NCBI RefSeq assembly: GCF_030684315.1 | Contig: NC_081388.1 | Location: 3,830,481 to 3,878,998, forward strand | Origin: Stegostoma tigrinum | Lineage: Eukaryota | Reading direction: 5' to 3' | Length of the DNA stretch: 48,518 nucleotides | In this document: positions 1-11,904 of the stretch, in pieces | Position numbering within the stretch: the first letter of the stretch is position 1 | Layout of the letters: each line of letters begins with the position of its first letter | The notes under the pieces: model-generated | What the model was told of the DNA's origin: nothing | The model's input: only the letters and a program-made list of their open reading frames with translations | Database searches by the model: none | Translations under genes and position numbers: made by a program

Positions 1-2250
1 GTCAAATCTTAAGCAGTTATGGCCAAGAGGGCCAGGGTTGGCAGGAGTAGGGAATCCTGGATAACAAGAGATATTGAGGCTCTGACCAGAATGAAGAAGG
101 AGGGATTGCTCAGGTACAGACAGCTGTGGTCAAGGGAATTCCTGGAGGTAGAGCGGGAATATAGGAATTTACTCAAGAAGGAAATCAGGAGGGTGAAAAG
201 GGGGAACAAGACAGCTTTCGCTAGGAAGATTATGGTGAATCTGAAAAGATGCTTACAGTATATTGAAGCACAAAAAATAACTCGAGAAAGAATACGACCT
301 GTGAAGGACCAAAGTGGACATGTATGCGTGGAACTGCAGAAGATGGATGAGGTTCTCAATGAATAGTTCCCCTCTGTGTTAACTGTTTAGGAAGGCATTG
401 AGACTTGGCACCTTGGGGAAGTTAGTGGCGAGATCTCGGTGACAGTCCATATCACAGTTGAGGAGGCGTTGGGAGTATTAGAAGGGCTGCAATGAGAAAC
501 CCGGAAATTTTAGAGTTGTAAGCTCAACATGTGTGGTAGGTACGTTGCTTGAGAAGGTTCTGAGGGATAAGACACACATGCATTTGTAAAGACAGGGTTT
601 GTTTGGGAGTCGTCAGCATGGCTTCATGCATGAGAGATGATGCATCACACATTCGTTAGATTTCTTTGATGAAGTGACCAGGAAGTTCGATGAGAGTAGA
701 GCAGTAGACGTAGTCTATATGGATTTCAGTAATGCCTTTGATAAGTTTCCACATTGTGGGTTGCTCTGGAAGTTTCGTTTGAATGGAATCGTGCAAATTG
801 GATACACAATTCACTTGAGGGTAGGAAGCAGAGAGTAATAGTGCAGGATGTTTGTCGGATTGGAGGCCTGTGACTAGTGGTGTCACTGAGGGGTCGGTGC
901 TCGGCCCATCGCTGTTTGTAATCTTTCCCAATGGTTCAGATGGGAATGTAGGAGGCGTGATTAGTAATTTTCCAAATGACACTAATATAGGTGGTATCCT
1001 GGATAGTGAGGAAAGTTAACAGAATTTGCAGCATGATGTTGATCAGCTGGGGAAGTGGGCTGGTAAATGGCAAATGGATCTGATTCAAGATAATTTTGAG
1101 CAGTTGCATTTTGTAAAGTGAAATCAATGTAGGAAATTCATGGTGAATGTTAGGGCTGTAAGGAGTGTAGTGGAACAGAGGGAGCTTGGAGTTCAGGTGC
1201 ACTGTTCTCTGAAAGTGGAGTGACAGGTAGACAGGGCAGTGAAGATGGCGTTTGGCACAGTGGCTGTCATCAATCAGGGAATTGGGTATCGAAGGTGGGA
1301 AGTTATGTTGCAGATGTACAGGATGCAGTTGGAGTATTCTCATAACACAGTGTGGAGCTGGCGGAACACAGCAGGCCATGCAGCATGAGAGGAGCAGGAA
1401 AGTTGACATTTCTGTTTGGAGCCCTAATTCAGAAATGGGGAGGGGGAAGGGAGTTCAGAAATAAATAGAGAGAGGAAGTGTGAGGCTGGGAAGGGTCAAC
1501 GAGATGACGATAGGTGAGTGCAGATAGGGATTGGCTTGGATTGATCAGTGAGATGGGAGTGGCGAACAGGTGGGAGAGAAGATGGGCTGGCTTTGTCAGG
1601 TCGAGGAGGCAGGGACAAGAGGGAAGGTTGGTCATGGGATGACGTCGGGGTTGGGGAAATCTTGAACCTTCTAAAATCCATGTTTCGACCATGAAGCTGT
1701 AGTCTCCTGAGGCGGAATGTGAGGTGCTGCTCCTCCGGATTGCGGCGAGGTGTTTGTCATGTACAGATCGCCGATGCTGTACAAAACAGTCTCCGAGTCT
1801 CTGCTTGGAGTATTGTGTTCAGTTTTGTTCACCTCGCCATAGGAATGATGTTATTAAATTTGGAAAGGTGTGGAAGAGGGCCTGAATTAGAGGTAGAGGT
1901 TGGATAAACTCAGACAAATTTCTTTAAAGCGAGAAGATTGAGGAGGAATCTCCTCGAAGTGTATAAGATCATGAGAGTCATGCCAATACATCAGAACCAT
2001 TTGGTGGAACAGGCTCGAAGGGCCGAATGGCCTCCTCCTGCTCCTACTTCCTATGTTCACCCTGAGGGTGGTTCTCGTATGTGTTAAGCTGCCAGCAGGT
2101 GTGCTTGAGGCTTGTACATTGTCAGCATTTAATCGGCATTTGGACAAATACACGTACAGGAAAGGTAGAGAAGGATGGAGGTCAAGTCGAGGGAAAAGAG
2201 CCGAGCATACACCAAAGGGCCTATGTCCATTTCAGAAGACTCTATGTCTC
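1..2250 (+). mobile_element. Degenerate CR1-clade LINE ORF2 (RT and 3' part), with a nested Penelope-like fragment at ~1340-1800
   Basis: Broken RT motifs (QHGF, YMDFS.AFDK, VTSG...GSVLGP-like); colinear with 14620-16680 on the opposite strand. Confidence 0.8.
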
Positions 2251-2282
2251 TGTTGTTCTCAGGGAGACTGCACCATGAGAAC

Positions 2283-2518
2283 GTTTTTTCATTTGAAAAA
2301 ATATACTTTATTCACAGAGTGTACAAAAAGTAAAACATTTAAACACCTACACAGTCACGCGAGCCGCTCTGCTTACCCATGGGGTACGTACGCCAACTAA
2401 AGGGAAAAACAAACAAAGAACAACAACAAAACAAAGAAAAATACCCCAGCAGTCATCTCCCTGCACAGTCCCCGTTGGCCCCCTCACCAGTTGGGGCAGG
2501 CGCCAGCTGGGCCCAGTT
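2283..2518 (-). mobile_element. 5'-truncated non-LTR retrotransposon 3' end (L1/Tx1-like) with a 17-bp TSD
   Basis: Flanked by GACTGCACCATGAGAAC at 2266-2282 and 2519-2535; minus strand ends GAATAAAGTATATTTTTTCAAATGAAAAAAC; copy C has the empty site. Clade assignment is from recall of similar 3' ends. Confidence 0.75.
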
Positions 2519-2535
2519 GACTGCACCATGAGAAC

Positions 2536-2781
2536 TTGTGGAGCTGAATGCAGTCAGGTGACAGCACAGCAACTCCCAGCCATTCCTATTGGTCCAAATG
2601 GAGCAGGCCCTCCTGGTAAGAAATGCAGGAGCTCAGTCATTGGTGGAAATTGCAGAGACTGGGGCTGGTTCATTGGTTCAATGTTGCTGCCTCTGGTCTG
2701 ATTGGTGTCAGGTGAGTGCAGGTTGTGTGTATAAAAGGAGCTGGGTGGGGGCTGGAAGGGATACTTGTGTTGTTTGGGATC
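2536..2781 (+). promoter_or_regulatory. ZP3 copy A proximal promoter
   Basis: TATAAAA 2730-2736; E-boxes CAGGTG 2555-2560 and 2709-2714; four reverse CCAAT (ATTGG) boxes between 2588 and 2705; conserved in copies B and C. Confidence 0.75.
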
Positions 2782-5765
2782 ATGGGGGATTTTGTAGTGA
2801 GGGGTTTGTTCCCTGTGCTGGTGTTAGTTGGTGCTGTTTGTTGCTCTGAAACTTGGCAACAGTTTCTGAGCCAGAGGTGTCCATGGAGAATAGTGAGAGC
2901 CACCCCTGTACCTGAGAGAGTCCCTCCTCATGGGGGTCCCATTGGTTCCAGTTTCAAAATGTCTGAGGGTGGGAGTGTGTCTCCACTGCAGACTGTGATG
3001 GTGCAGTGTGGAGAGCACACTCTGCTGGTCAGAGTCCAGTTGGATTTATTTGGCACCAAGCACCTGATTAAAGCTGCTGACCTGAGCCTGGGGACAGCAG
3101 GTTGTCAGCCAACAAAGATCTTCCCTGAGAACTGCACTGTCCTGTTTGACTATGGGCTGCATAAGTGTGGCAGCAGACTGCAGATAATGAGTCCTGTGTA
3201 TGTGCTAGAATCTTGCATGATATGTGGTTCCTTACTGTGTAACCCTGGTGCTCTCTCTTTGCTGTTGCTTTTTGGGTGGGGTAGGGGAACCTCTCTCTGT
3301 ATCTGTCACCAGGGATCTGCTCTTTCTGGATTAGACTGCTTTGGTTGCTCTCTGTCCCAATTGTTAAGCTCTTGTCACTTTCATCTACTAGAAGTGTCTA
3401 AGGCTCCTCCTGATATTTACTTTTCCTCTCCAACTTTGTTCATGTTCATCAACCACTGCACCCCCCCGCCCTCAACTTCTGCCTAACCCCACCCATGCCC
3501 CCAACTTTCAAGTCAGAGCACTTGACTCCTTTCCCAACTACTGGCCTGACCCCATTTTTCTCCCATTGGGGTGACCATTCTAAACAAAATGAGGTTCATG
3601 TTTACTGACCTTGCTCTTGTGGAGCTCTACTCTTTCTCCTTTGCTTGCCACTGGAATAACTGGACTTGTGGGATAAAACTGTTCTGTTTCCATCCTGAAC
3701 TGACTACTTGTTCTGCTCATTGAACCTGTGCTTTTGCTTTTCCCTGAGTTATCCCGCAACTGATCAGATCAGGTCCAGCACTCTCAATATGCTCTTAAAC
3801 ATCTTGCAGATTTCCCTCTGCATGAGGGCTCATTTTGAGTGCAAGATCATGTTTGAAGTCTGTCCATGTTCCTGTTCCCTCAGTGATTCTGCTGCATTTT
3901 CCAAACACGTCCACCTGATTCAACAGCTAAATGTTCAAGATCTAAATAAACTTGTTGTCTGATACCTGACCTGTGGACTGAGTCAATGTCTGGTTAAATT
4001 GACCCAAAATAACTAACCCTGAGCTGAGACCTATTGCTCCTCATAGTGCGTTTTCCAGCTCTAGGAGGAATCGTATATTTGCACAGCCTGTCAGCTCCCT
4101 TATGAGCATTCGTCAACAGGGTGATGTCTTTGTCAATGCATGAAGAATAGTCTTACTTCAGACCAATTCTTGATTCCTTAGCCTGGTATCTTTCAGATGA
4201 CTGGAGATTTCCTGATCTACACCACCCACCTGACCCACATCCCAAACTATCCTGGGTCTGTCATTGTGAGAACCAATGGGGCTGTCATTCCCATTGAGTG
4301 TCGTTATTTCAGGTGAGAGTCTTTACTGGATTGAGAATCATTCCCCAATTGTTGTTGTGATCTGACATTGTCCTGAAATGGTTGCCCTGTCTCTCGCCAG
4401 GAAGGGCAATGTGAGCAGTAACCCCATCAAGCCCACCTGGATCCCATTCAGCTCCACCAGGTCTGGAGAAGGGCATCTGTCATTCTCCCTGCGTCTAATG
4501 AATGGTATGTGATGGCTGGCTGGGGAGGGATCTCCTGGTGTCACTCACTGGGGGTTGCACCCACTGTCTCTCCAACCCTTGTCCTCTTGTACTTCAGGTG
4601 ACTGGCTTACAGAGCGCACTTCCACTGTCTACTCTCTGGGAGAACTCATTCACATTGAGGCGTCTGTTTCAATGGACAACCACATGCCCCTGAAGCTGTA
4701 CATTGACCGCTGTGTCGCTACACTGAGCCCAGGCAAGGACTCCAGCCCCAGATACAGCATCATTGACTACAATGGATAAGGAGCTCTCTGCTTTCTCCAG
4801 CTGCTGCCATCTCAATGGCTTCACTCCATTCACTTCGTGTACCTTTGTTCACCTGCAGTTGCCTCGTGGACAGCAAAGCTGAGGACTCCTTTTCGACCTT
4901 TGTGTTGCGGAGAAACCAGCGGGAGCCGGACAAGCTCAGGTTTGACCTGGATGCCTTCCGCTTCTATGGAGATGAGCGTTCCTTGGTAAGAGGAAGCTGC
5001 TGACTGGCTTTTCCCCACAGGGTGGGAGTGACTAAACACTGACTTGTGCTGAATGTGTCCCTCAGATTTTCATCACCTGTCACCTGAAAGTTGCTGCAGT
5101 GGATCAGGGAGATTCCAGGAACAAAGCTTGTTCTTTCCAGAAGCTGCACAAGATGTGTGTCCCCCACTCCCTGTCCCTTAGTGGTGTTGCTGAGGAGAGG
5201 TGATGCACCATGTGGTTGATGGGCTGTTTCTCCTGTTTAGCTGGACCCCACTAGAGGAATCAACCAGTGACATTTGTGCATGTTGCCATGTGGGGAACTG
5301 TGGCAGCACAAGGGAGATCATCCTTCCAGAGGAAGGAGAGATCTTGGGCCAGAAGCTGGTAGGTCACTGACCCACTCTCGTGGGACTATACCCTTTCCTC
5401 CCTGACCCTGACGGCAATGTTCCCTCCTGCAGGGAGTAAAGCTGGATTGAAGTGGGAGGGTGAGGCCTCAGTTGGCCCCCTGCTCATTCTGGATCCTGAG
5501 CTGAACAGCCTGGCAACTGAGCCCCTGACTGAGGTTGAGCAAAGGATGCAGGAGATGTCTCCAGGCGGTGAGTTGCCTGACTGCTAGTTTCCCTCTTTGT
5601 CCCAGTTTCCCTCAGTAACCATTGGTTTCTCCTTGTTGTGTAGGTGTGCAGTCTGAGCTGGTCCTGATGGTGTCACTGACAGTGACAGCTGTCTCCCTGG
5701 TCTCTGCTTCATTGATGGCCTTGTTCCTGTACAGGAAACACAAGCAAACAGACATCAACTTGTGA
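2782..5765 (+). pseudogene. zp3: ZP3 (ZPC)-like zona pellucida gene, copy A, probably disabled
   Basis: Exons 2782-3183, 4197-4312, 4401-4504, 4598-4775, 4859-4985, 5066-5154, 5241-5358, 5433-5567, 5644-5765 encode a signal peptide and ZP3 motifs ([66 protein letters not shown]). Lesions versus copies B/C: intron 1 and 4 donors are AT (3184, 4776), intron 6 donor GTGTGT, and exon 7 is 118 rather than 122 nt (frameshift, stop at 5448-5450). Confidence 0.88.
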
Positions 5766-5776
5766 TGGGATAATTG

Positions 5777-5782
5777 AATAAA
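5777..5782 (+). terminator. Polyadenylation signal, copy A
   Basis: AATAAA 11 nt after the ancestral TGA stop. Confidence 0.7.
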
Positions 5783-7249
5783 GCAGTGATGCCTTGTTTG
5801 AGAACTTTTTTCTCTGTCCTCCATATCAGTTCGACATAAACACCACTACTCCCTAAACCTTGAACTCTCTGAGGGAATTGACTTGTTACTGAAGGTGTTG
5901 TTTCTCTCACTACTTCTCCAGTGAGTACTGGGGCTTGTAGTCTGGAAATCCATTCCCAATTTTCCATGCAATGAAGTCAGTTAGCATCACTCCCTGTGTA
6001 ATGAACAGTCCTGACTTGATCTTGAAATACCTGGATGGGGGTCTGTGAATGCTGCCATCTTTTTCATGACCAGGCTGACTGCTCCATTGAGACATGGATT
6101 AGCATGGAGGGCCAGTCAATATCCCTGCCTCTTCCCCCAGCCTCTCCACATCAAGTCCAGTGGAACAATAGCCATCAACCCCCTCAATCTGCTGAGGAAA
6201 CTTGGACCTTCCTGCAGTGGAGGGAGAGAGTTGCTGTTTTCAGGTCTGTGCCAATTCTGTTCACACACATCACCTTGTGATGCTGACAGTCTTGTCCCCT
6301 GAGGTCCTGACAGAATCTGCTCATCTCTCACCTGTCCCCTGGTCAATGTGACCATCTCCTCTGCTGTACTCAACTGTCATGATCCCACCTACCTTCCCTT
6401 CCCCTGTCCCACCCTGGCTATTTCCCAGATTTCCTTTTTTGTCTGTCTTCTCAAACTCTCCACTGTACTCCTGTCAGCAACACCAACCACCATCTTCCTT
6501 CCTTCTTTTCTTCCCCATCAAACTAACAAAATTTCTGAAGAAGCTTCTTGATCTGAGAAGTCAACTTTCCTCCTTCTCTGCTGCCTGGCCTGCTCTGTTT
6601 CTTTTAGCATCACACTGTGCCTGACTCCAGCATCTTCAGTATTTGCTCTGTCACAGTGCAAGAGGAGGTGCTTTTCCTTAGGTTTACAATGAGCCCCATC
6701 ACAGCAGGATGCTATAGCCCTTGCTCCTGTCCTCATCAACCATCGCACAGGATGGTACAGAGCAGGCTCACGTACATAGCAGGACCCTCTCTAGACACCT
6801 TTGAAAATGAACCTAAGACTCCTCTGTATGTTATCCCTATCAAACACTCCCAGAATTGGTGCAGTCGGGGGTTAGATACTGCAGAAAGATTCCCTGGTGT
6901 CTCTAAAATTATGTGGGAAGCTCTGTCAATGCTGTTCATGTTAAACCCTTCCCAGGATAGGGATAGCACATATTGGGATATGGCCAAAGCTCCCTTTATC
7001 CATTTCCTGTCAGAAGTGAGATGACACCTGAAGAATGTAGTCACATAAAAGATAAAGCTCATTTTTTCTTGGAGACTGATGTCGTCTGTGCTGTTTCAAA
7101 CCAAAGTAATGTGCTCCTCAGGCAGGCCAAACACAGGTCCAGCCTCTTCTCCTTGTTTAAACTCAGGTAATCATTTTCTACTCATTTAAATTCCATTTAA
7201 GGCTGCATCTGCAATTTTACCTCCGATGGAAACTTGCCCAAATAGAAGC

Positions 7250-7590
7250 AGGGCTGAATGCTATCATCACTGGGCTGTGAATCCAATGGGATCCCAGGTA
7301 TTATGAAGGGGATCCCAGATTAAATCCTGTTGTGGCAGATAGTAGGATTTGCATTCGATGAATATCTGGAATGAATCGTCTACTGATGACCATGAATCCA
7401 CCACTTATTGTTGGGTACCATCACAATGGTTCACTCATGACCTTTAGGCAATGAATCTGCCATCATTACCTGGCGTGGCTGATGTGTGCCTACAGACTCT
7501 CAGCGATGTGATTCACTCCAAACTGCCCTCTTGGCAATAAGCAATGGGCAATAGATACTGCTTAGCCAGTGACACCCTCATCCCTCATCT
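7250..7590 (+). mobile_element. Old Deu-domain (SacSINE/AmnSINE-like) SINE
   Basis: Resembles the Deu-SINE core (GGTTCACTCATGACCTTTAGG...CTGCCATCATTACCTGG...CAGCGATGTG); inverted paralog at ~19070-19400. Confidence 0.55.
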
Positions 7591-7899
7591 TCTATATGAA
7601 TTTTAAAAAGCACATTGTTCTCAGGAAATACTCAGAACTCAAGAAGCCACAGAGTTACAAATAAAGGATACTGGACTGAAATTCTCCTATAAATTAAAAA
7701 TGGAAGGAAAGCTCCTTTTTCACTGTTTCTGCCTTGGACATTCCCTGGAACAGGTGACACATGAGGAACACTCCCTTTGTTCTGACCAAACCCCATCCTC
7801 AGACGGTATTTCTGTGTTTCTCACTATCAGACTGCCAGAGTCAGGGAGGGCTGTGCCCACCAGTCCCCTCCTGTGTCCGTGAGCCACGTTTGTTCATTG

Positions 7900-9310
7900 T
7901 CATGCGCCTGGTATCAGGGATCGCTTACACCGCAAATATCACATCACTGTAGTGTTTACCTCCTTCCCTCCTCCTCTAAACAAACAACAGGGGGAGAGAG
8001 AGATGCGCTATTGAAAGTTTGTAGGGAGCAGAGTTGGAAGTGAGGTATTGGCTCAAGAAGCTTCGGTGAGCAGCGGCTCAGCAAATAGTACAGGCAAACT
8101 CAGGGAAAGTTCCTTGAACTTTACTCTTCAGTGTTAGATCATTTGAGATGGTAGTTCGGGCAGTGGCATGGTCTTACTGCAGGATGTGAGAGCTCAGGGA
8201 GATTCCCATCGTCCCTGATGACTGCACGTCTGGGAATTGCATCCAACTGCAGCTCTTGGGAGACTGTGGTATGGAGCTGGAGCTGGATAGGCTCAGGATC
8301 AGGTGAGATGCCGCGCACATCACAGACCAGAATTTCAGTGCGATGGTGACACCTAAGGTGCAGGCAGACAGTGGCTCGGTAACTGCCAGGAAAGGCAAAG
8401 GGAGTCGGCAGGGAGAGCAGGAATCCACCGTGGCCATTCCCCTCGAAAACAGGTATACCGTTTTGGATGCTGCTGGGGGCGATGACTAATCAGGAGGAAG
8501 TAGCCGTAGGCAGTTCATTGGCACAATGACTGGCTCTGGGGCACAGCAGGAATGGGTGCAGATAAACAGGACCCTCGTCATAGGAGACTCAATAGTTATG
8601 GGAACAGACAGGAAATTCTGTGTCTGCAGATGTAAATCCAGGATGGTGCGCTACTTCCCTGGTCCCATGGCTCAGGATGTCTATGAGCGGCTGCAGAATA
8701 TTCTGAAGGTGGAGGGAGCAGCCAGAAGTCATTGTGCACGTTGGCACAAATGACATCGATAGAATTAGGGATGGTGGTCCTCCTGCGTGGTTATAGAGAA
8801 AATGGAACGTGTTTCACAACCTGCACCTCGACGGTGGTAATCTGTGCAATACTTCAGGGGGCACCTGCCAGTGAGGGTTAGAACAGGAGGAGAGATGAAT
8901 GCCTGGCTAAGGAATTGTTGTGGGGCTGCAGGGATTTAGGTTTCTGGATCATTGGGAACTTTTCTTGGTCAGAAATGACCTGTTCAAGAGGGACGGGTTA
9001 CACTGGAACTTGAGGGGGGCCGATATCCTGGCAGGACAGTTTGTGAGTGCTACAAGGGAGGGTTTAAGCTAGATCAGCAGGCATGTGGGATCGTCATCAA
9101 CAGGGAGGCAAGTGTGAGGCTGGAAGGAGATACAGTAATCAGAAACTGTACGTTGAAGAGAGAGTTCAGGCTGGAATAGGACAGAGAGCGAGGATGTCTC
9201 TTGGATTAAATTGTATCTGTTTCAATATAAAAGCGCTGACAGGTAAGGCAGGATGGCTCAGGGCATGAACGGGTATGTGGGATAGGAATATTATAGACGT
9301 TACCATACTG
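7900..9310 (+). mobile_element. CR1-clade LINE 5' part: degenerate ORF1 (zinc-finger-like plus GDSL/SGNH esterase) and start of ORF2
   Basis: MVVRAVAW...PDDCTSGNCIQLQLL, NRYTVL, VIGDSIV motifs, then the endonuclease start (LNCICFN); truncated abruptly at ~9310. Confidence 0.75.
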
Positions 9311-9753
9311 ACATCAATCATATCTCTTTGATCCAGGAGGATGACTGGTGGGCACGGCCCTCCCTGATGCTGGGAGTCTGACAGTGAGAAACGTGGTGAT
9401 ACCGTCTGAGGATGGGGTTTGGGCAGAAAAAAGGAAGTGTTCCCCATATTTACCTCAAGCTTCACCTGCCCCTGGGGGTGCTAGATGGGGAACAGTATAG
9501 AGAGAGTTTTCCTACATGTTGTAAAGAATAGGGGATCTTTACTTTCAGTTGTAAACAATAGAATCTTTTGTTCCAACTCAGAGTGTCCCTGGATTGAATG
9601 TGGACAATGTGTATTTTTTATTCATTCATGGAAGAAGATTCTTGCTGGCTAAGCAGCATTTATTGTCCAGAGGGCAGTTAGGAGTCAACCACATTGCTGT
9701 GGGTCTGGGGTCACTGCGATGGGATAAGAACCTGAGTCCCCAGAATGTTATCA

Positions 9754-9973
9754 GAAATAATGGGAACTGCAGATGCTGGAGAATCCATGATAATAAAGCG
9801 TGAAGCTGGATGAAGACAGCAGGCCAAGCAACATCTCAGGAGCACAAAAGGTGACGTTTCAGGCCTAGACCATTCATCAGAGTCTGATGAAGGGTCTAAG
9901 CCTGAAATGTCAGCTTTTGTGCTCCTGAGATGCTGCTTGGCCTGCTTTGTTCATCCAGCTCCACACTTTATTA
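9754..9973. mobile_element. Penelope-like terminal-repeat insertion forming a palindrome, 17-bp TSD
   Basis: 93-bp arms 9789-9881 / 9883-9975 around one base; TCCCCAG(A/T)ATGTTATCA at 9737-9753 and 9974-9990. Confidence 0.7.
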
Positions 9974-10789
9974 TCCCCAGTATGTTATCACAGTCTCAAG
10001 ATGAACACTCCGCTAATACTACCACTCGGCATTCATCTCTCCCAGGAAGTGTGTATTTCAGGTGAAATGTTATTGGCAGCTTTATATTCAATTTAATTGA
10101 GTAGAAAGAGATTAACTCTCAGTTTCAATGAGGAGAGGAGGCTGTACTCTGTATCGAATCCCATGCTGTACCGGTGTTTGTTTGATGAGCACAGTGTCGA
10201 GGGCACGTTACTTTCAGCTTAAACAGCAGAGACAACGTTACTCTCAGTTTTAAAGAGTAGAAAGAGCTTGTGCTGGATCGACCTTGTTTCTTGACCTGTT
10301 TTTGCAGAGCTGATGGGGACAGTGTTAACAGAGCATTTCCCTGTATCTCACCCCATGCTATCCCTACCCTGGGAGAATTGCTGTGTGCTAGGATGGAGCT
10401 CAGTCTAAAATTGAGGAAAAGCACCTCCTCTTTCACCTTCCAGCTTTTCACACTCAACACTGAGCTCAACAATTCCAGGACAGCTCCCTGGGCCCATTCT
10501 CTTTAAAATCTCTGTCAATTCTGGATCAAACATATTTTCCTTTGCTTTTTGATTTTGGACAGCAAGTGCTCATTGTCCATCCATTCACAAGTAAGATCCA
10601 AAACTGAGTTACAGCACGAGGCAGTGGGTGGAGGGAGAATGCTGTTTGTGTGGTTGGAGCTCGGTGTGCAGTGGTTTACCACAGAGATCAGGGCTGGGCA
10701 CTGCGCTGTTTGTAAGCAATGATGTAAATGAGAATGTGGCAGAGTGTGGGAGATTGGCCAGGTAGCTGACAGTGAGGATAGAGGAGTTA

Positions 10790-11400
10790 GGTTACAGGGA
10801 GATACAAACACATTGGTCAGATCGGTGAGAGATGGAATTTAATCCTGATAAATGTGAGGTGATACACTTTGGAAGCAGGAAGTAGACCAGGGAGCACTTA
10901 AATGAATGGCAGGAAACAAAGATGGTCAGAAACCCAACGATCTTATGGAGCATGTCTACAGATCCCTGAAGGTGGCAGGACAGGTTAAAAGGCAGACATG
11001 ATGCTTCATTTTCCAGTCATGGCACTGGAGACAGTGAAGCAGAAATTCATCAGGATGTTGCCTTGCGATAGGGCATTTCAACAACAGAGAGAGGCTGTTA
11101 AGGAGAAGTTGTTGCCTTTGGAATAGAGAAACCTGGTAGAGGTGTGTAAGGCTGAGGGGCATGGACAGGGGCAATAGCTGTTCCTGTTTGTTGTCAAGTC
11201 AATAACGAGGGGCATAATATTGAGGTAAACGCAGGAGGTTTAGGACAAAAAAAAAGTTCTCTGGATGTGGTGGGGGAAAAGGGAGTGCACTGCCTGGGAA
11301 GCTGTTACAGATGGGATACCACACCCTTCGTAAAATACTTGAACAATTACCAAGTGTCAGAACAATGACTGTCATTGGCCTGTTACAGGAAAGTGGAAAT
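10790..11400 (+). mobile_element. Degenerate CR1/L2-type LINE 3' fragment
   Basis: MEFNPDKCEVIHFG-like motif and downstream CR1 3' features. Confidence 0.6.
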
Positions 11401-11895
11401 GGAAGTGTGTTTTCATTGGTACTGACACAATCAGCTTTGTGTTTATGCTAACTCCACACAAGCATCTGCCTGAAAGTGACATTGAACCAGGGTTCCTGGC
11501 ACTCTACGGCAGCAGAGATCACCACTGAGCCACCCATGCCAGGAGGCAGGGAGACAACATGAAGGGTCAGTCTGATCAACAGAGTCACATTCATCTTGAA
11601 CACCAGTATTTGTTGTTTACAAACTCATGTAATTGGGGGAACAAACTCAGGAAAGTTTACTAATTGTTCACATGAGACAGGGAATTACAGTGATTTCAGT
11701 GCAAAGAAAGACTTCCCATTTTTAGTGTGACCTGCAAGCTCCTGTAATCATCCAAGAGGCAAACCCCAAAAAGCATTACCTTGACCACCACAAGTTGTTT
11801 TGGGGAAGGTGTTCAGAATGGAACACCTGCAATATCTTAGAACTAGTACAGAGAACAGAGACAAAACCAGACACAAGGTACAATGAAATCACTGC

Positions 11896-11901
11896 TTTAT
11901 T
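11896..11901 (-). terminator. Polyadenylation signal, copy B
   Basis: AATAAA 3 nt after the ancestral TAA of exon 9. Confidence 0.7.
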
Positions 11902-11904
11902 CAA

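Noticed and set aside
2716-3486. 256-aa ORF as a complete protein
   Set aside because: It is ZP3 exon 1 plus read-through into intron 1, and its start lies upstream of the TATA box; the real start is ATG 2782.
3184-4858. U12-type AT-AC introns in copy A
   Set aside because: Acceptors are AG, there is no ATATCC donor consensus, and the paralogs have GT at the same positions.
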